This document shows positions 1 through 10,071 of a stretch of 64,000 nucleotides of DNA, piece by piece. Position numbers and translations under genes: made by a program. The first letter of the stretch is position 1. Each line of letters opens with the position of its first letter. The notes under the pieces were generated by a model, which was not told the origin of the DNA, made no database searches, and saw nothing but the letters and a program-made list of their open reading frames with translations. Origin of the DNA: a virus; IMG/VR virus record IMGVR_UViG_3300035034_001897, positions 1-64,000 of that record, one strand, 5' to 3'.

Positions 1-422
1 CAATAGGATTAGAGGCAGCATTGCACTTATATTATGGTGACGATGATAGAGTGGAACTCTACACTAGTCACGATGCAAGAGCGTACGTTCAATATCATAA
101 AGTATGCTTCATAACTACTCACGGTGATGAATTAAAATCTGTTGCAAATTTAGAATCTCAAATACACAAACTGATTATGGGAGAAGCTAAACAACACGGA
201 ATTGATGTAATGGAGGTTGAGCGATATATTCTATTGCACGGACACGAACACGTAGGATCGACAAGAGATCTTAATGGCAATGTGCAAAGAATAGGTTTAT
301 CATCAATGAGTGACATAGATGACTTCTGGCACAAATCTAGTGGATATGTAGGAAGACAACCTGAAAGTCAAGTAGTTATAGTAGATCCAAAGTCAGGACG
401 TAAAGCACTCTTATACGCATAG
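1..422 (+). CDS. Calcineurin-like metallophosphoesterase, C-terminal part (5' truncated by window edge)
   Basis: Frame is open back to the window start; THGD and HGHEH motifs typical of the C-terminal half of metallophosphoesterases. Confidence 0.6.
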   Translation, partial: IGLEAALHLYYGDDDRVELYTSHDARAYVQYHKVCFITTHGDELKSVANLESQIHKLIMGEAKQHGIDVMEVERYILLHGHEHVGSTRDLNGNVQRIGLSSMSDIDDFWHKSSGYVGRQPESQVVIVDPKSGRKALLYA

Positions 423-462
423 AATAAGTATCATTATTAATATGAAACATTTAAACTAAATT

Positions 463-828
463 ATGAATACAATTCTTTTATTAATATCATTAGCAGTAAT
501 ATCATTCATTCAAAATATGGCATTTACTTTCACTAGTAGAAGTCGGAATAGTGGAGATCCTGCGTATCATCGAAGAGCAGCTTGGGGAAGTAATGGGATT
601 TGGATGATCAATCAAATATTTCTAGTTAAAATTATATGGGAGCCAGTAATGAGTGGAGACTGGTTATATGTAGCAATTGCTGCATTAATTTATATTGTAT
701 TCACAACAGAAGGTAGTGTATATATGATGAGATTAATGTTAGGTCACACTAAAGATAATTGGATATCAAAACTATTTAGAGAAAAAGGAGACAGGCAAGT
801 AGGAGCTCAAAGTAAGCGAGAAAAATAA
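463..828 (+). CDS. Small membrane protein
   Basis: About three hydrophobic segments; AT-rich start context. Confidence 0.6.
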   Translation: MNTILLLISLAVISFIQNMAFTFTSRSRNSGDPAYHRRAAWGSNGIWMINQIFLVKIIWEPVMSGDWLYVAIAALIYIVFTTEGSVYMMRLMLGHTKDNWISKLFREKGDRQVGAQSKREK

Positions 829-860
829 TACGAAAATAAACCAAAAAAATCATACCTAAC

Positions 861-893
861 TGTTGTCAGAAAGATAATAGTTAGGTATCTTTA
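861..893 (+). promoter_or_regulatory. Conserved early promoter, copy 1
   Basis: TGTTG (861-865), 20 nt spacer containing AGAAAGATA, TATCTTTA (886-893); resembles Bacteroidota -33 TTTG / -7 TAnnTTTG. Confidence 0.75.
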
Positions 894-926
894 TATAAAA
901 GAAATAGTAATCGTAAAATCGGAAAT

Positions 927-1451
927 ATGAAAACACAAATTGCAATCGTAGGTCGTAAAAATGACTCACTTATCGAAGGAGTGGATCACTACGAACCGCT
1001 GACAGGAAATCAATTCTTAGATGCAGTAGCAATAGCATCTCAAAACACAAACAAAATTATAGTTAGCGTTGATGATGGAGTAAACTTATACAACGAAAAT
1101 AGATTACAGATGTATGATAAGACGAATCTCAGAGTAGATGCGTGCTTTATATCATTTGAAAACAACGATCTAACTACTACAATGAAGAACTTAATCTACC
1201 TTCAAGGCAAGATTATTCGTGAAGAAACTGACATAATTGTGTTGACGTATAAACACGACATACCATTCAAACAAGCAAAAGAAAGAGCTCTTGCGAATGC
1301 AGAATTAATCACATCGTGGAAGCAACAGACAGAGCAATTAATTAAACACGAATTTGGATGCATATTGCAGATTCAAAGAGATGTAGAGCAAACTTACTGT
1401 TCACTTCCAGAGCAATACAGATTTGATGAAACATTAATTCAAAATTTATAA
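927..1451 (+). CDS. Hypothetical early protein
   Basis: 174 aa ORF directly behind the conserved promoter and AATCGGAA motif. Confidence 0.7.
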   Translation: MKTQIAIVGRKNDSLIEGVDHYEPLTGNQFLDAVAIASQNTNKIIVSVDDGVNLYNENRLQMYDKTNLRVDACFISFENNDLTTTMKNLIYLQGKIIREETDIIVLTYKHDIPFKQAKERALANAELITSWKQQTEQLIKHEFGCILQIQRDVEQTYCSLPEQYRFDETLIQNL

Positions 1452-1453
1452 TT

Positions 1454-1600
1454 ATGGCACCACTAACACTAAAGAAAGTGCAGGCACAAAAGAAACGTAT
1501 TGAGAAAAATGTAAGTAAGTTAGGACCTAATAATGAGGTACTTAGGGCAATGAATGCACGATATAGAGAATTGCAACAATTAGAGATTCAATTAAGTTAG
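1454..1600 (+). CDS. Small basic protein (48 aa, MAPLTLKK...), not in ORF track
   Basis: ATG 1454 to TAG 1600 fills the gap between neighbours. Confidence 0.55.
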   Translation: MAPLTLKKVQAQKKRIEKNVSKLGPNNEVLRAMNARYRELQQLEIQLS

Positions 1601-1602
1601 CT

Positions 1603-1911
1603 ATGTGGACACATTTCTTAATAGAATTAATTGTAGAAGTGATAGCTGCTGCAATAATTGGATCATTCTTCTGGTATAATGGCAGAAGACAAATGAAGGC
1701 TTTAGAGAAGAGAAAAGCTCAAATCGTAACTAATCGTCTCAATGACGAAAGAATAGATGAAGTGTTCTTAATAGATTCACTTGATGATATGAGTGAACTT
1801 GATCAGATCAAATTTAACAGAGCGTCAATAGTATTGATGAAAAGTCCTCACGCCAATCTATATAATATTGTAATCAGAAATAGGTACGGATCAGAAGGAG
1901 AAATTAAATAA
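1603..1911 (+). CDS. Hypothetical protein with N-terminal TM helix
   Basis: ORF track; hydrophobic N-terminus. Confidence 0.6.
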   Translation: MWTHFLIELIVEVIAAAIIGSFFWYNGRRQMKALEKRKAQIVTNRLNDERIDEVFLIDSLDDMSELDQIKFNRASIVLMKSPHANLYNIVIRNRYGSEGEIK

Positions 1912-1918
1912 TCGTAAA

Positions 1919-2086
1919 ATGAGAAGAATCAATTCAAAAGCATTAAGTACTACAACTATTATTGCAGGAGTAGTGATGATAGTAGGAGCAGTTATCGATT
2001 TCAATAATTCAAACGCATTGAAATTAGCTGTAGGAGGAATAATGATGTTTATACTAGGATTACTGATCAAAACAGACAAAGTATGA
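1919..2086 (+). CDS. Small two-TM protein (55 aa, MRRINSKAL...), not in ORF track
   Basis: Preceded by AATCGTAAA motif; two hydrophobic stretches. Confidence 0.55.
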   Translation: MRRINSKALSTTTIIAGVVMIVGAVIDFNNSNALKLAVGGIMMFILGLLIKTDKV

Positions 2087-2177
2087 CCACCAACATCGTA
2101 AATCAGGCAGCAAAGCACTATGCAAATGAGCATTGTGGAGAAGACTTTCTAGGGTATAACAAATAAAAAAAACTATT

Positions 2178-2525
2178 ATGTTTAAAGGAACAAAAGGAGA
2201 ATGGAAAGTAGGAGAAATAGACAAGACAAAAGTATGGAGTGAAGAAAATGGTAAGAGAGGTGTTGTTAGTTGGGGAACTAATGAGGCTCATAATTCACAC
2301 TTCCATTTAGATAAAGACCATCAAACACATGTTTATAACGCTGAACTAATAGCAAATTCAGGGACAACTATTAATAAATGTGGATTTTTCCCTAGTGAGT
2401 TGTTAGAGCAAAGAGACGATTTACTAGAAGCCTTAATAAACTTAATAAATATAGACCCTTTGGATATTGAAGGGGTTTTTAAAGCAGAAAGTAAGGCACT
2501 AAAATTAATTAATAACCTTAAATAA
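2178..2525 (+). CDS. Hypothetical phage protein
   Basis: FKGTKGEW start and NAELIA...ELLE pattern common in small phage early proteins. Confidence 0.6.
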   Translation: MFKGTKGEWKVGEIDKTKVWSEENGKRGVVSWGTNEAHNSHFHLDKDHQTHVYNAELIANSGTTINKCGFFPSELLEQRDDLLEALINLINIDPLDIEGVFKAESKALKLINNLK

Positions 2526-2637
2526 ATAAAAAAATGGATATATTTAAAATAAAATTACCGACAGAAGAAGAAAACGAGAACTTCACAGAGATAGGTGACT
2601 GGTTCGACCATATTAATGAACAATTTAAAACAAATGA

Positions 2638-2943
2638 TTGAGTATCTTAAAATCAAACAAAGCAGCATTTAAAAGTGGAGTGAAGTGGATGATTGATCAA
2701 ATCAATCAAGAACATCCAGTAAATCCATTCATTAAAGTGCACTTGTCAGCACAAGTACTGTTGCAATCACTCGACGACATTGAAGATGAAAGTGGATTCA
2801 AACATAACCTCAAACGACACGGAAAAATTGTGATGAGTGAGATTGAGAAGTTTGATAGTACAGTATTCAATCTTGCAAATCCAGACGATAAGAATGCGAT
2901 GGTCGCATACTTAAACGATCAACTTAACAAATTACAATTATAA
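2638..2943 (+). CDS. Hypothetical protein
   Basis: ORF track; tightly packed operon. Confidence 0.55.
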   Translation: MSILKSNKAAFKSGVKWMIDQINQEHPVNPFIKVHLSAQVLLQSLDDIEDESGFKHNLKRHGKIVMSEIEKFDSTVFNLANPDDKNAMVAYLNDQLNKLQL

Positions 2944-3236
2944 TGGGAGCAGTAACAGCACAAAAAAGAGTGAGCGAAGTCAAAGCGTATCAAATCACTC
3001 AAGAGGATCTAAATAATCCATACAAAGTAGGAGTGTGGATGTGTATGGTAAGTGAAAATCATAAGAATGCAGATAACGTATTGTTCGTAGATGATGGTGA
3101 GTTGAGAGTAGGAGTAGAGTTATCTCCATTACCACATTTAATTGAGGAGAATGAATTATTAGTGTTAGAGCAAGATAGATTTGTACACTACACTAACAAA
3201 CAATTTGAAAACAGATATCAAATAAATCAATTCTAA
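2943..3236 (+). CDS. Hypothetical protein
   Basis: TAATG coupling to neighbours. Confidence 0.6.
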   Translation: MGAVTAQKRVSEVKAYQITQEDLNNPYKVGVWMCMVSENHKNADNVLFVDDGELRVGVELSPLPHLIEENELLVLEQDRFVHYTNKQFENRYQINQF

Positions 3237-3430
3237 TGGAGTATTCATTCAAGTTATTCAATAAACGAGACAAGCATATAGCGAACGAGTATCACGAGAA
3301 GGATAGTAAAGGCTTTATCGTCATTTATCACGAATCGCTAGTAAATCAAACAGGAAAAAGAAAAGTGACAGCTAGACATTACGTCAAACATACACGAAAG
3401 CAGTTGCAAACTCAACAAACAATAATATGA
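3236..3430 (+). CDS. Hypothetical protein
   Basis: TAATG coupling. Confidence 0.55.
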   Translation: MEYSFKLFNKRDKHIANEYHEKDSKGFIVIYHESLVNQTGKRKVTARHYVKHTRKQLQTQQTII

Positions 3431-3467
3431 CATCAATAGATGAATGATAATTTAAAAATCAATATCA

Positions 3468-3698
3468 ATGAAGACATTAAAGTACAGACTAGTTAAATAT
3501 AGTAATGGTAGATATACAATACAATACAAAAATTGGTTGTGGTGGACAGAATTTGATGAATATCTACAAACGTCATATGTAAAAGTTGCAGTCTCAAAAA
3601 GAAATCCAGTAAAGCTGGTAAGAAAATTACGTAAACAATTCGACTGTCGTAAATTGAAAATGATACAGTATCCAACACTAAAAATAACAATTCAATAA
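3468..3698 (+). CDS. Hypothetical basic protein
   Basis: ORF track. Confidence 0.55.
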   Translation: MKTLKYRLVKYSNGRYTIQYKNWLWWTEFDEYLQTSYVKVAVSKRNPVKLVRKLRKQFDCRKLKMIQYPTLKITIQ

Positions 3699-3979
3699 TG
3701 GCAAAAGAAAATCGTACTAGGCGCAACATAATAAAGATGAATATATATGAATTTAGTTACTCTGGAGGCGAAACTGATATGGTACCTAAAGTAGAGGACT
3801 GTAAATGTCCACAATGTGGAAAATCAAATCTTCATCAAGAGCACGATACGACATTAGTCACTGCAACAGAAACATTATTCACTGGAGATGAGCCATTCAA
3901 TGGTGAACCAGGAATTTGGTGGATAGAGGTGCATAAATGTGGATGTGGACAAATATATTGCTACGAGAATGGAGCGTAA
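3698..3979 (+). CDS. Zinc-ribbon protein
   Basis: CPQCG and CGCG cysteine pairs. Confidence 0.6.
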   Translation: MAKENRTRRNIIKMNIYEFSYSGGETDMVPKVEDCKCPQCGKSNLHQEHDTTLVTATETLFTGDEPFNGEPGIWWIEVHKCGCGQIYCYENGA

Positions 3980-3989
3980 ATAAATAGTT

Positions 3990-4313
3990 ATGAAATTCTA
4001 CAGATACTACTTACAGCAATACGCAGAGACGGAACATTCAATCTTCCCTCAAACAAAACTAATACTCGACGAGTTCAATCTAATGAAAGAAACTGCGAAA
4101 GGATATTGGATATGTCAAGGAGATCCTAACCGATTGCACGGCTTTAAGAAATGGGTGAGTAAAACTGCTAAGAAAAGATATGCATATCCATCTAAGAAGG
4201 ATGCTCTAGTTAATTATCAAAAGAGAACTGAGAGAAGAATCGCAATCTTAAAAGCTCAAATAGCTATCTGCGACAAAGGATTAAATTTAAGTAATCTAAT
4301 TCAACATATATGA
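3990..4313 (+). CDS. Hypothetical phage protein
   Basis: ORF track; KETAKGYWI segment. Confidence 0.6.
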   Translation: MKFYRYYLQQYAETEHSIFPQTKLILDEFNLMKETAKGYWICQGDPNRLHGFKKWVSKTAKKRYAYPSKKDALVNYQKRTERRIAILKAQIAICDKGLNLSNLIQHI

Positions 4314-4777
4314 CAAAGAACGATATAGTACAATCAATCAATAGATTGTGGACATTTGATAATGATCAACAACACACACACACATGGCACGATAAGCAGA
4401 AGCTGATTGAAGAAATAGATCAGATTGATGAGGGTGAGTTGTCAGACGAATACCATTCAATGAATGAGTTGTATGAGTTTAGAAAGATGTATAATGCTGC
4501 ACTATTCAATCAGTGGGCAAAGTCAACATACGAAATCAATCCAAACATTCCAGCTACATACGATGTACACAAATCATTAAAGCATCACGATGGAGAAGAC
4601 TGTTTTGGAGGAGGATGGTTTATTGTAGTGGCAATGTTAACTACAGGCCAGATAAGTAATCACTACAAACTGAAAGATTGGAACCTATTTAAGATTCCAG
4701 TGACATATAAAGCAAAGTATCAATTTGACAACCATACTCCACAAGATGTGTTAGATAGATTAAAGCAAATACTTTAG
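4310..4777 (+). CDS. Conserved phage protein (YH..NELY / HHDG / GQISNHY family)
   Basis: Motif series DEYHSMNELY...SLKHHDG...GGWFIV...GQISNHY recurrent in phage hypotheticals. Confidence 0.6.
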   Translation: MTKNDIVQSINRLWTFDNDQQHTHTWHDKQKLIEEIDQIDEGELSDEYHSMNELYEFRKMYNAALFNQWAKSTYEINPNIPATYDVHKSLKHHDGEDCFGGGWFIVVAMLTTGQISNHYKLKDWNLFKIPVTYKAKYQFDNHTPQDVLDRLKQIL

Positions 4778-4814
4778 TATCTTTGTGTAAGATAAATAAA
4801 CTGTACCCTATACA

Positions 4815-5975
4815 ATGAATAAGGAGTTTCATAACGATGTTAATAAGGAAGTTGAGCAAATAGCAAAGTCTGCTAACAACGCGAATATACACATACCAGA
4901 TACGGTTAGGGACATTGAATCGTACAAGAAATATATAGCATTGAAAGAGGCACCGGCCTTAAAACTGCCTAACCGACTCATCCAAACTAGTGATCTTAAC
5001 CTAGAAGTAGATCCAGTCGCACATAACGTGGCAATAGAGAAGAAGATAGTACATCTCCCTAGTGATGAGCAAGATGATATATTGAAGAGATGTAAAGCAA
5101 TTAAGGTGCTGCATTATCGTATAGGGTCATTAAAAGAAAAAGCATTTGGTATCAAGCGTAGAAAGCATCATCCTACACTTATCAGTGGGTTACTTGATGA
5201 ACGCAGAAGTGAACTGGTAGAGTACTTTGGTGCCTTATTGACAGAGAAAGAAGTACATAAGATCATTACAATGGAATGGGGCTATCAGATCACAATGAGG
5301 TCGGTTACTAATTTCAGACGTAAAAATCACGATGCAATAGAGGGAGCTAAGAAAGAATTCCTCAAAGATCATAGCAGTATCAGGCTATCACACAAGAAGG
5401 GTCGCTTACAAGAATTGCAGCAGATATTCATTTCACGTAAGATGAAGTGGGAAGAGAATCCTACTAGGGACAATGAGAAGATGTTGGTTACTGTTCTTAG
5501 GGAGATTCGTCAGGAAACGCAAGATAACACATTACGAATTGATGCAAACATAAATGCAAACATCAATGTGACCATCCAAACACACATAGAGCAAGAAATA
5601 ATGAAGAGCCTAACGCTCAATGATATCATTATTGCACGTGTGGCAAGTAGAATGAACATCAATCCTAGATTCCTTATAAGTAGATTGCATAATAGCTATT
5701 ATGCTAAACATAGCGGTTTTGTTAGACCAGATCAAGATTTGAGTGAGCAAGAGACGACTTACCCATCAGCGATGGTGTATAATTGGAAAGATATTAAGGC
5801 CCAACACGATAGAGAGGGAGATGCAAACGCATTAGATGCACAATGGGAAGAGGTACCTAATGATCAAGAGCAAGTTGCCCTATCTATGAAGGAATTACTT
5901 GCACAACAAATAAAAGCAAAGCAGGATCAAGTCAATATGTCCCAAGAACGAATAGATCGTAACACAGCAGAATAA
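4815..5975 (+). CDS. DUF2280-like protein, putative terminase small subunit
   Basis: TEKEVHKIITMEWGYQITMRSV HTH-like segment followed by IRLSHKKGRLQELQ, resembling DUF2280; upstream TATCTTTG -7 element. Confidence 0.45.
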   Translation: MNKEFHNDVNKEVEQIAKSANNANIHIPDTVRDIESYKKYIALKEAPALKLPNRLIQTSDLNLEVDPVAHNVAIEKKIVHLPSDEQDDILKRCKAIKVLHYRIGSLKEKAFGIKRRKHHPTLISGLLDERRSELVEYFGALLTEKEVHKIITMEWGYQITMRSVTNFRRKNHDAIEGAKKEFLKDHSSIRLSHKKGRLQELQQIFISRKMKWEENPTRDNEKMLVTVLREIRQETQDNTLRIDANINANINVTIQTHIEQEIMKSLTLNDIIIARVASRMNINPRFLISRLHNSYYAKHSGFVRPDQDLSEQETTYPSAMVYNWKDIKAQHDREGDANALDAQWEEVPNDQEQVALSMKELLAQQIKAKQDQVNMSQERIDRNTAE

Positions 5976-6054
5976 TACAATTAGGGTCATTCATTAGTAG
6001 ATGTTTTTTGTCAATTTCACTACTATCGTTTGGCCTTAATTTATATACCAACTT

Positions 6055-6255
6055 ATGATAAGTCAATATAAAAACGTATCAACACACACCTACGCAGATG
6101 TAAGTACAGTATATTGGCAGGCAAGAGTGACTAGAAAAGGCAAGATATTAATTAATAAAAACTACAGAGATGAGCGTGTAGCTGCACTTGCAGTAGATAA
6201 AGCACTAATCAGCGCTGGATATGATCCAGTAAATATTCTCAAAAAAGTTCCCTAA
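6055..6255 (+). CDS. Stand-alone AP2-like DNA-binding domain protein
   Basis: YKNVS...YWQARVTRKGK...ERVAALAVD matches the AP2 pattern. Confidence 0.6.
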   Translation: MISQYKNVSTHTYADVSTVYWQARVTRKGKILINKNYRDERVAALAVDKALISAGYDPVNILKKVP

Positions 6256-6369
6256 AGTGTTGTCAGAAAGATATTAAAGTAGAATCAACAACGAAATTGC
6301 TCAACGTGAGAGTTTCATAAAATTGATACATACTTTAAAACAATACATCTAAAATAAATATTAGGTAAC

Positions 6370-6402
6370 TGTTGTGAGAAAGATATAAAGGTAGTATCTT
6401 TA
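6370..6402 (+). promoter_or_regulatory. Conserved early promoter, copy 2
   Basis: TGTTG-TGAGAAAGATATAAAGGTAG-TATCTTTA. Confidence 0.75.
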
Positions 6403-6437
6403 TGTAAAGGAAACAATAACACATTAAAATCGGAAAT

Positions 6438-6773
6438 ATGAAAACTGTCGAACAATTAAATCAACTATTCAAAGGTAAATCAATCAACATTCATCTATAT
6501 GCAGAATTCTCAGACTGTCCAGATGAAGGGCAAGAGAAAACAGACTACATTCAATATTTAAAAGATGAGAATGATTGTCTTGAAGACTGGACAGATGAAG
6601 ATTTTGAAGGAATGCTTGAGATTAGTAAAAGACAACTATTATCGATGGATCCTACAACTGAAGAGTTAGTAGAGAAGAGAGCAGTGCAAGTACAATCTAT
6701 AAGTTGTGATGGAGATAGTTTCGCAATAGTATGGTTCGATGGATTAGATATAGATGTAACAACTTACTATTAA
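6438..6773 (+). CDS. Acidic hypothetical early protein
   Basis: First ORF after the promoter; AATCGGAAAT before ATG. Confidence 0.7.
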   Translation: MKTVEQLNQLFKGKSINIHLYAEFSDCPDEGQEKTDYIQYLKDENDCLEDWTDEDFEGMLEISKRQLLSMDPTTEELVEKRAVQVQSISCDGDSFAIVWFDGLDIDVTTYY

Positions 6774-6848
6774 TCACTAAATCAAAATTATTATGGCAGT
6801 ATCGAACAATTACACGATCTTCTCAGATATAATTAAAATCGTAAGACT

Positions 6849-7124
6849 ATGAAAACACAACAATTAACATCAGATCAATACGGATTGCAAGTAGCACAAA
6901 TCATTTATGATGCATTGCCTAACACCATCAAGATCTGCTCAGGACTAACAGTAGAAAGTGTACTAGAAGACATTCAAGGACAATTGAGTGCTGATATGGA
7001 AACTTTAGAGAAGAAATATCCTGAACTACCAACGACAGTAGATGATTGTTGGGAATCAGATATATCATACCAAGAGGCTGCTGCAATATTGACAGAGCCA
7101 TATATACAAATCGTAAGCAATTAA
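6849..7124 (+). CDS. Acidic hypothetical protein
   Basis: ORF track. Confidence 0.6.
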   Translation: MKTQQLTSDQYGLQVAQIIYDALPNTIKICSGLTVESVLEDIQGQLSADMETLEKKYPELPTTVDDCWESDISYQEAAAILTEPYIQIVSN

Positions 7125-7145
7125 TATTAACTAAAAATCGGAACA

Positions 7146-7721
7146 ATGAATAAGCCAGCAAGATATAGAGCGCCTAAATTAACAGCAGAAGAAAAAGAAG
7201 CTCGCAAATATGTAAACCAGCGTAGTAGAGAGTGTAAAGCTCATAACAAAGATGTGCGTGCAAACCTAAGAAGAGAGATTGCAGTATTGAATTTTATGAA
7301 AAAGAATGATGTACTTTATCATCATCACTCAAGTCAAGATAGTATGAAGTCAACTATTAGTGATAGCCTCGATCAATTAAGATCAGAAAAGAAGACTCAT
7401 ACTGAGGAACTCAGAGATACTGAATACGATCCTCATTTCAGATTGCTGCCAAGACACATAGAATATGATCCTTATGTATGGAATAGATTGGGTGAAGGCA
7501 ACAACCATCTACCAGTTTGTCAATTTGGTAACTTATGGAGTCACAATGAATTTGAAACAATTTATGATGTACCATTAGACGGAACGTATAGATTTCACAT
7601 CTACGATTCAGGTGAAAGAGGACTAGGTTCATTCAATAGAATCACAGCAACATTAATAGAACTAGAGGTAGTTGCTCCAACTGTAAATCCAGGAGCAATC
7701 ATTCCGATTACAGCAAATTAA
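7146..7721 (+). CDS. Hypothetical protein
   Basis: ORF track; AATCGGAA before ATG. Confidence 0.65.
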   Translation: MNKPARYRAPKLTAEEKEARKYVNQRSRECKAHNKDVRANLRREIAVLNFMKKNDVLYHHHSSQDSMKSTISDSLDQLRSEKKTHTEELRDTEYDPHFRLLPRHIEYDPYVWNRLGEGNNHLPVCQFGNLWSHNEFETIYDVPLDGTYRFHIYDSGERGLGSFNRITATLIELEVVAPTVNPGAIIPITAN

Positions 7722-7738
7722 TTACAACGAACAGTAGT

Positions 7739-8155
7739 ATGGCACGAGTAAATAAATACAATATTCACTGGCAGGTCGTTCGAGTAGCAGCTAAGAATGA
7801 AAAGGATATCGAGAAGAGAATTGATCAAGTGTTTGAATTCTTAATGGCCAACAAATCTAAGGAGAATTTTGAGAGAGTGAAGAAATGGTTAAGAATGTCA
7901 CCGCTTGGATTTAAAGATCAGCAAAAGAAGCAGTTATATGGTGAATCGCTCAGATACTTAACGTCAATTGAGAGTATGTTTACTCAAACAGATCGACAAT
8001 GTGATTTTACTCAGTACACCAAACAGCAGTTGCAAGCAGTATATAAAGATATTGCAAAACGCAAATATACATTTCAATCAAAAGGTGCACCTAAATCACA
8101 TAACGCATTTATCGATAAATTAACTCAATGCCTAGATAATTATGATACCAACTGA
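7739..8155 (+). CDS. Hypothetical protein
   Basis: ORF track. Confidence 0.6.
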   Translation: MARVNKYNIHWQVVRVAAKNEKDIEKRIDQVFEFLMANKSKENFERVKKWLRMSPLGFKDQQKKQLYGESLRYLTSIESMFTQTDRQCDFTQYTKQQLQAVYKDIAKRKYTFQSKGAPKSHNAFIDKLTQCLDNYDTN

Positions 8156-8309
8156 ACAACAAAGAGAAGATTTCAAGAAAGCAGCAGAGCCATTGATGAA
8201 ATATTTAGCTGAGAATCACCACCCACATATGGAGGCGATTGTTAGTGGTGGCAGAGCAGAACTGCTTGAAAGTAAGTGTGTTCACAATACAGACAAGTTT
8301 ATATTGTAG
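8142..8309 (+). CDS. Small phage protein (55 aa, ...AAEPLMKYLAENHHPH...), not in ORF track
   Basis: Translated by hand; PLMKYL..NHHPH pattern is familiar from small phage proteins. Confidence 0.55.
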   Translation: MIPTEQQREDFKKAAEPLMKYLAENHHPHMEAIVSGGRAELLESKCVHNTDKFIL

Positions 8310-8329
8310 ATTAACATAATCAAATCGTA

Positions 8330-8632
8330 ATGGCAAGTCAATTCACAGTACAAGCAAAAGTTACAATCGTTAATGAACTGCACCTAACTGGTGTAGGAAT
8401 TAATCGACTAATGTCAAACCCTACATATCAACCAGTTAAAGATGATATTATGGATCGCAACTTAGTTAAGAATTCTGACATATTGATTCTTAGAATGTCA
8501 ACACTATTCAAGAAGGCTTGGCCTTACAAGACATTTGTAACAACAGTTATGTCATTAAAAACAGATGGTAATGAAAAAGTGGATCGTAAAAACATTAAAG
8601 AGATGGTTAGGATTGACTGTAATGGATACTAA
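8330..8632 (+). CDS. Hypothetical protein
   Basis: ORF track; AATCGTA before ATG. Confidence 0.55.
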   Translation: MASQFTVQAKVTIVNELHLTGVGINRLMSNPTYQPVKDDIMDRNLVKNSDILILRMSTLFKKAWPYKTFVTTVMSLKTDGNEKVDRKNIKEMVRIDCNGY

Positions 8633-8909
8633 AATCGAGCGACAGGAAAGTAGAATACAAGACCTAGATAATCAAGTCAATTCACTAAATAGAATCAAAA
8701 GTCACATTGATGTAGGTGCTGATGTAGGATACAAAGGTAATGAGAGTTGGGCAGTGATTTGTATTAAAGGTAAACCTGAATCAGTTAGGTTCATTGATCT
8801 GAGAGGAGTTGATGAAAGGCAACTAGTGATGTTCTTGAGAGACTTCGAGAAAAGAAATATGACACTAGACCTACCACCAATGCTGACAAGCTTAAAACAC
8901 AGATTCTAA
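8565..8909 (+). CDS. Hypothetical coiled-coil protein
   Basis: ORF track. Confidence 0.55.
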   Translation: MVMKKWIVKTLKRWLGLTVMDTKIERQESRIQDLDNQVNSLNRIKSHIDVGADVGYKGNESWAVICIKGKPESVRFIDLRGVDERQLVMFLRDFEKRNMTLDLPPMLTSLKHRF

Positions 8910-9124
8910 TGGCAACGATAATTGAAAATTTAGATCAAGCAAGAGAGAATCGTACATCAGATCGTGTGTGTGGTGGATGTGGAGTTCAATTTCTATCAAA
9001 AGAGCAAATAGAAGGTGGTGGAGGTGTACATACAGCATATATAGACGATTGTGGCATATGTGGCAATAAAGGATTGACGTTGCCAATTCGTCACTATAAC
9101 AATTTATACAGACCAAATGAATAA
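8909..9124 (+). CDS. Small zinc-finger protein
   Basis: CGGC and CGIC pairs. Confidence 0.55.
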   Translation: MATIIENLDQARENRTSDRVCGGCGVQFLSKEQIEGGGGVHTAYIDDCGICGNKGLTLPIRHYNNLYRPNE

Positions 9125-9392
9125 GCGCAAAATTCTTGTAGTAGGTTGGATAGGACATATAGATGTTGGTAGAACAACGCTTGCTCATACAGTAGCAAAG
9201 CGAATTGCACAAGAACTTGATACTGCAGTAGTTACAGCACAACAAGTAAAGCACGAAGCAGAATCACATTCATTCCCTACATCTGAACTTTTAGTGATTA
9301 CACGCCTACCAGACTTTGAGGAACCAATTATGCATATAAATAGAGGAGTGATTCCACCTAATCATTATAAAAGCAAGAAATGGAAGAGGTAA
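9117..9392 (+). CDS. Small protein with a degenerate P-loop-like motif
   Basis: IGHIDVGRTTL resembles the translational GTPase G1 motif GHVDHGKTTL, but the rest of the domain is absent. Confidence 0.5.
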   Translation: MNKRKILVVGWIGHIDVGRTTLAHTVAKRIAQELDTAVVTAQQVKHEAESHSFPTSELLVITRLPDFEEPIMHINRGVIPPNHYKSKKWKR

Positions 9393-9688
9393 TTTACCAA
9401 TCAGCAATCGTATTTGTAACACAAATCATATTCTTGTGGGCACGAACATATAATGTAAGAGCAAATGCAATGTTACATATCAGAAACACACTCCTATCAG
9501 GAGCAATTATTCATATGGTTTGGTTGATATCAATTTCGATTGGTGCAAGTGGTGTGTACAAAGTGCTAGTTGATCACGATTGGAAGTTCGTTCCAGTTAT
9601 CATATTCTCATTAGGAGGGTCACTTATAGGTTGCTACATAGGACTTAGAAAAAGTATAAAAGCAAGGGATAACGAGTTGTATAAATAA
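9380..9688 (+). CDS. Small membrane protein
   Basis: Three hydrophobic segments. Confidence 0.6.
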   Translation: MEEVIYQSAIVFVTQIIFLWARTYNVRANAMLHIRNTLLSGAIIHMVWLISISIGASGVYKVLVDHDWKFVPVIIFSLGGSLIGCYIGLRKSIKARDNELYK

Positions 9689-9729
9689 ATAATTAATATA
9701 TATCTTTAACAAAAAACGTAAACAATATT

Positions 9730-10071
9730 ATGAACACACCAATATTAACAATGATCGACATACAGATCCAACTACTCATTCAATTAGGAATGCAAGCAAC
9801 AACAATCTTAGTAAGCCATTCTATAAAAGAATTATTTGAAGGTGAGATTCTTGCAACATTGAATGAGAACTCTCCGAAACACATCAATGTCGAGATGGAC
9901 ATTGAAGGATTAACTTATAGAGGATGTGAGGTTAACATTGAAGCAGTACCTGAACCGATTGTAGGAATGGAAAGAGCTATGATGGCAGCAACTTCATCAT
10001 ATGCAACATTATCTCCAATCACAGTGGTAGGATACTTACCAGAAACGCTGCAAGCTGAAGCTGAAGCGTAA
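9730..10071 (+). CDS. Hypothetical protein
   Basis: ORF track. Confidence 0.55.
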   Translation: MNTPILTMIDIQIQLLIQLGMQATTILVSHSIKELFEGEILATLNENSPKHINVEMDIEGLTYRGCEVNIEAVPEPIVGMERAMMAATSSYATLSPITVVGYLPETLQAEAEA

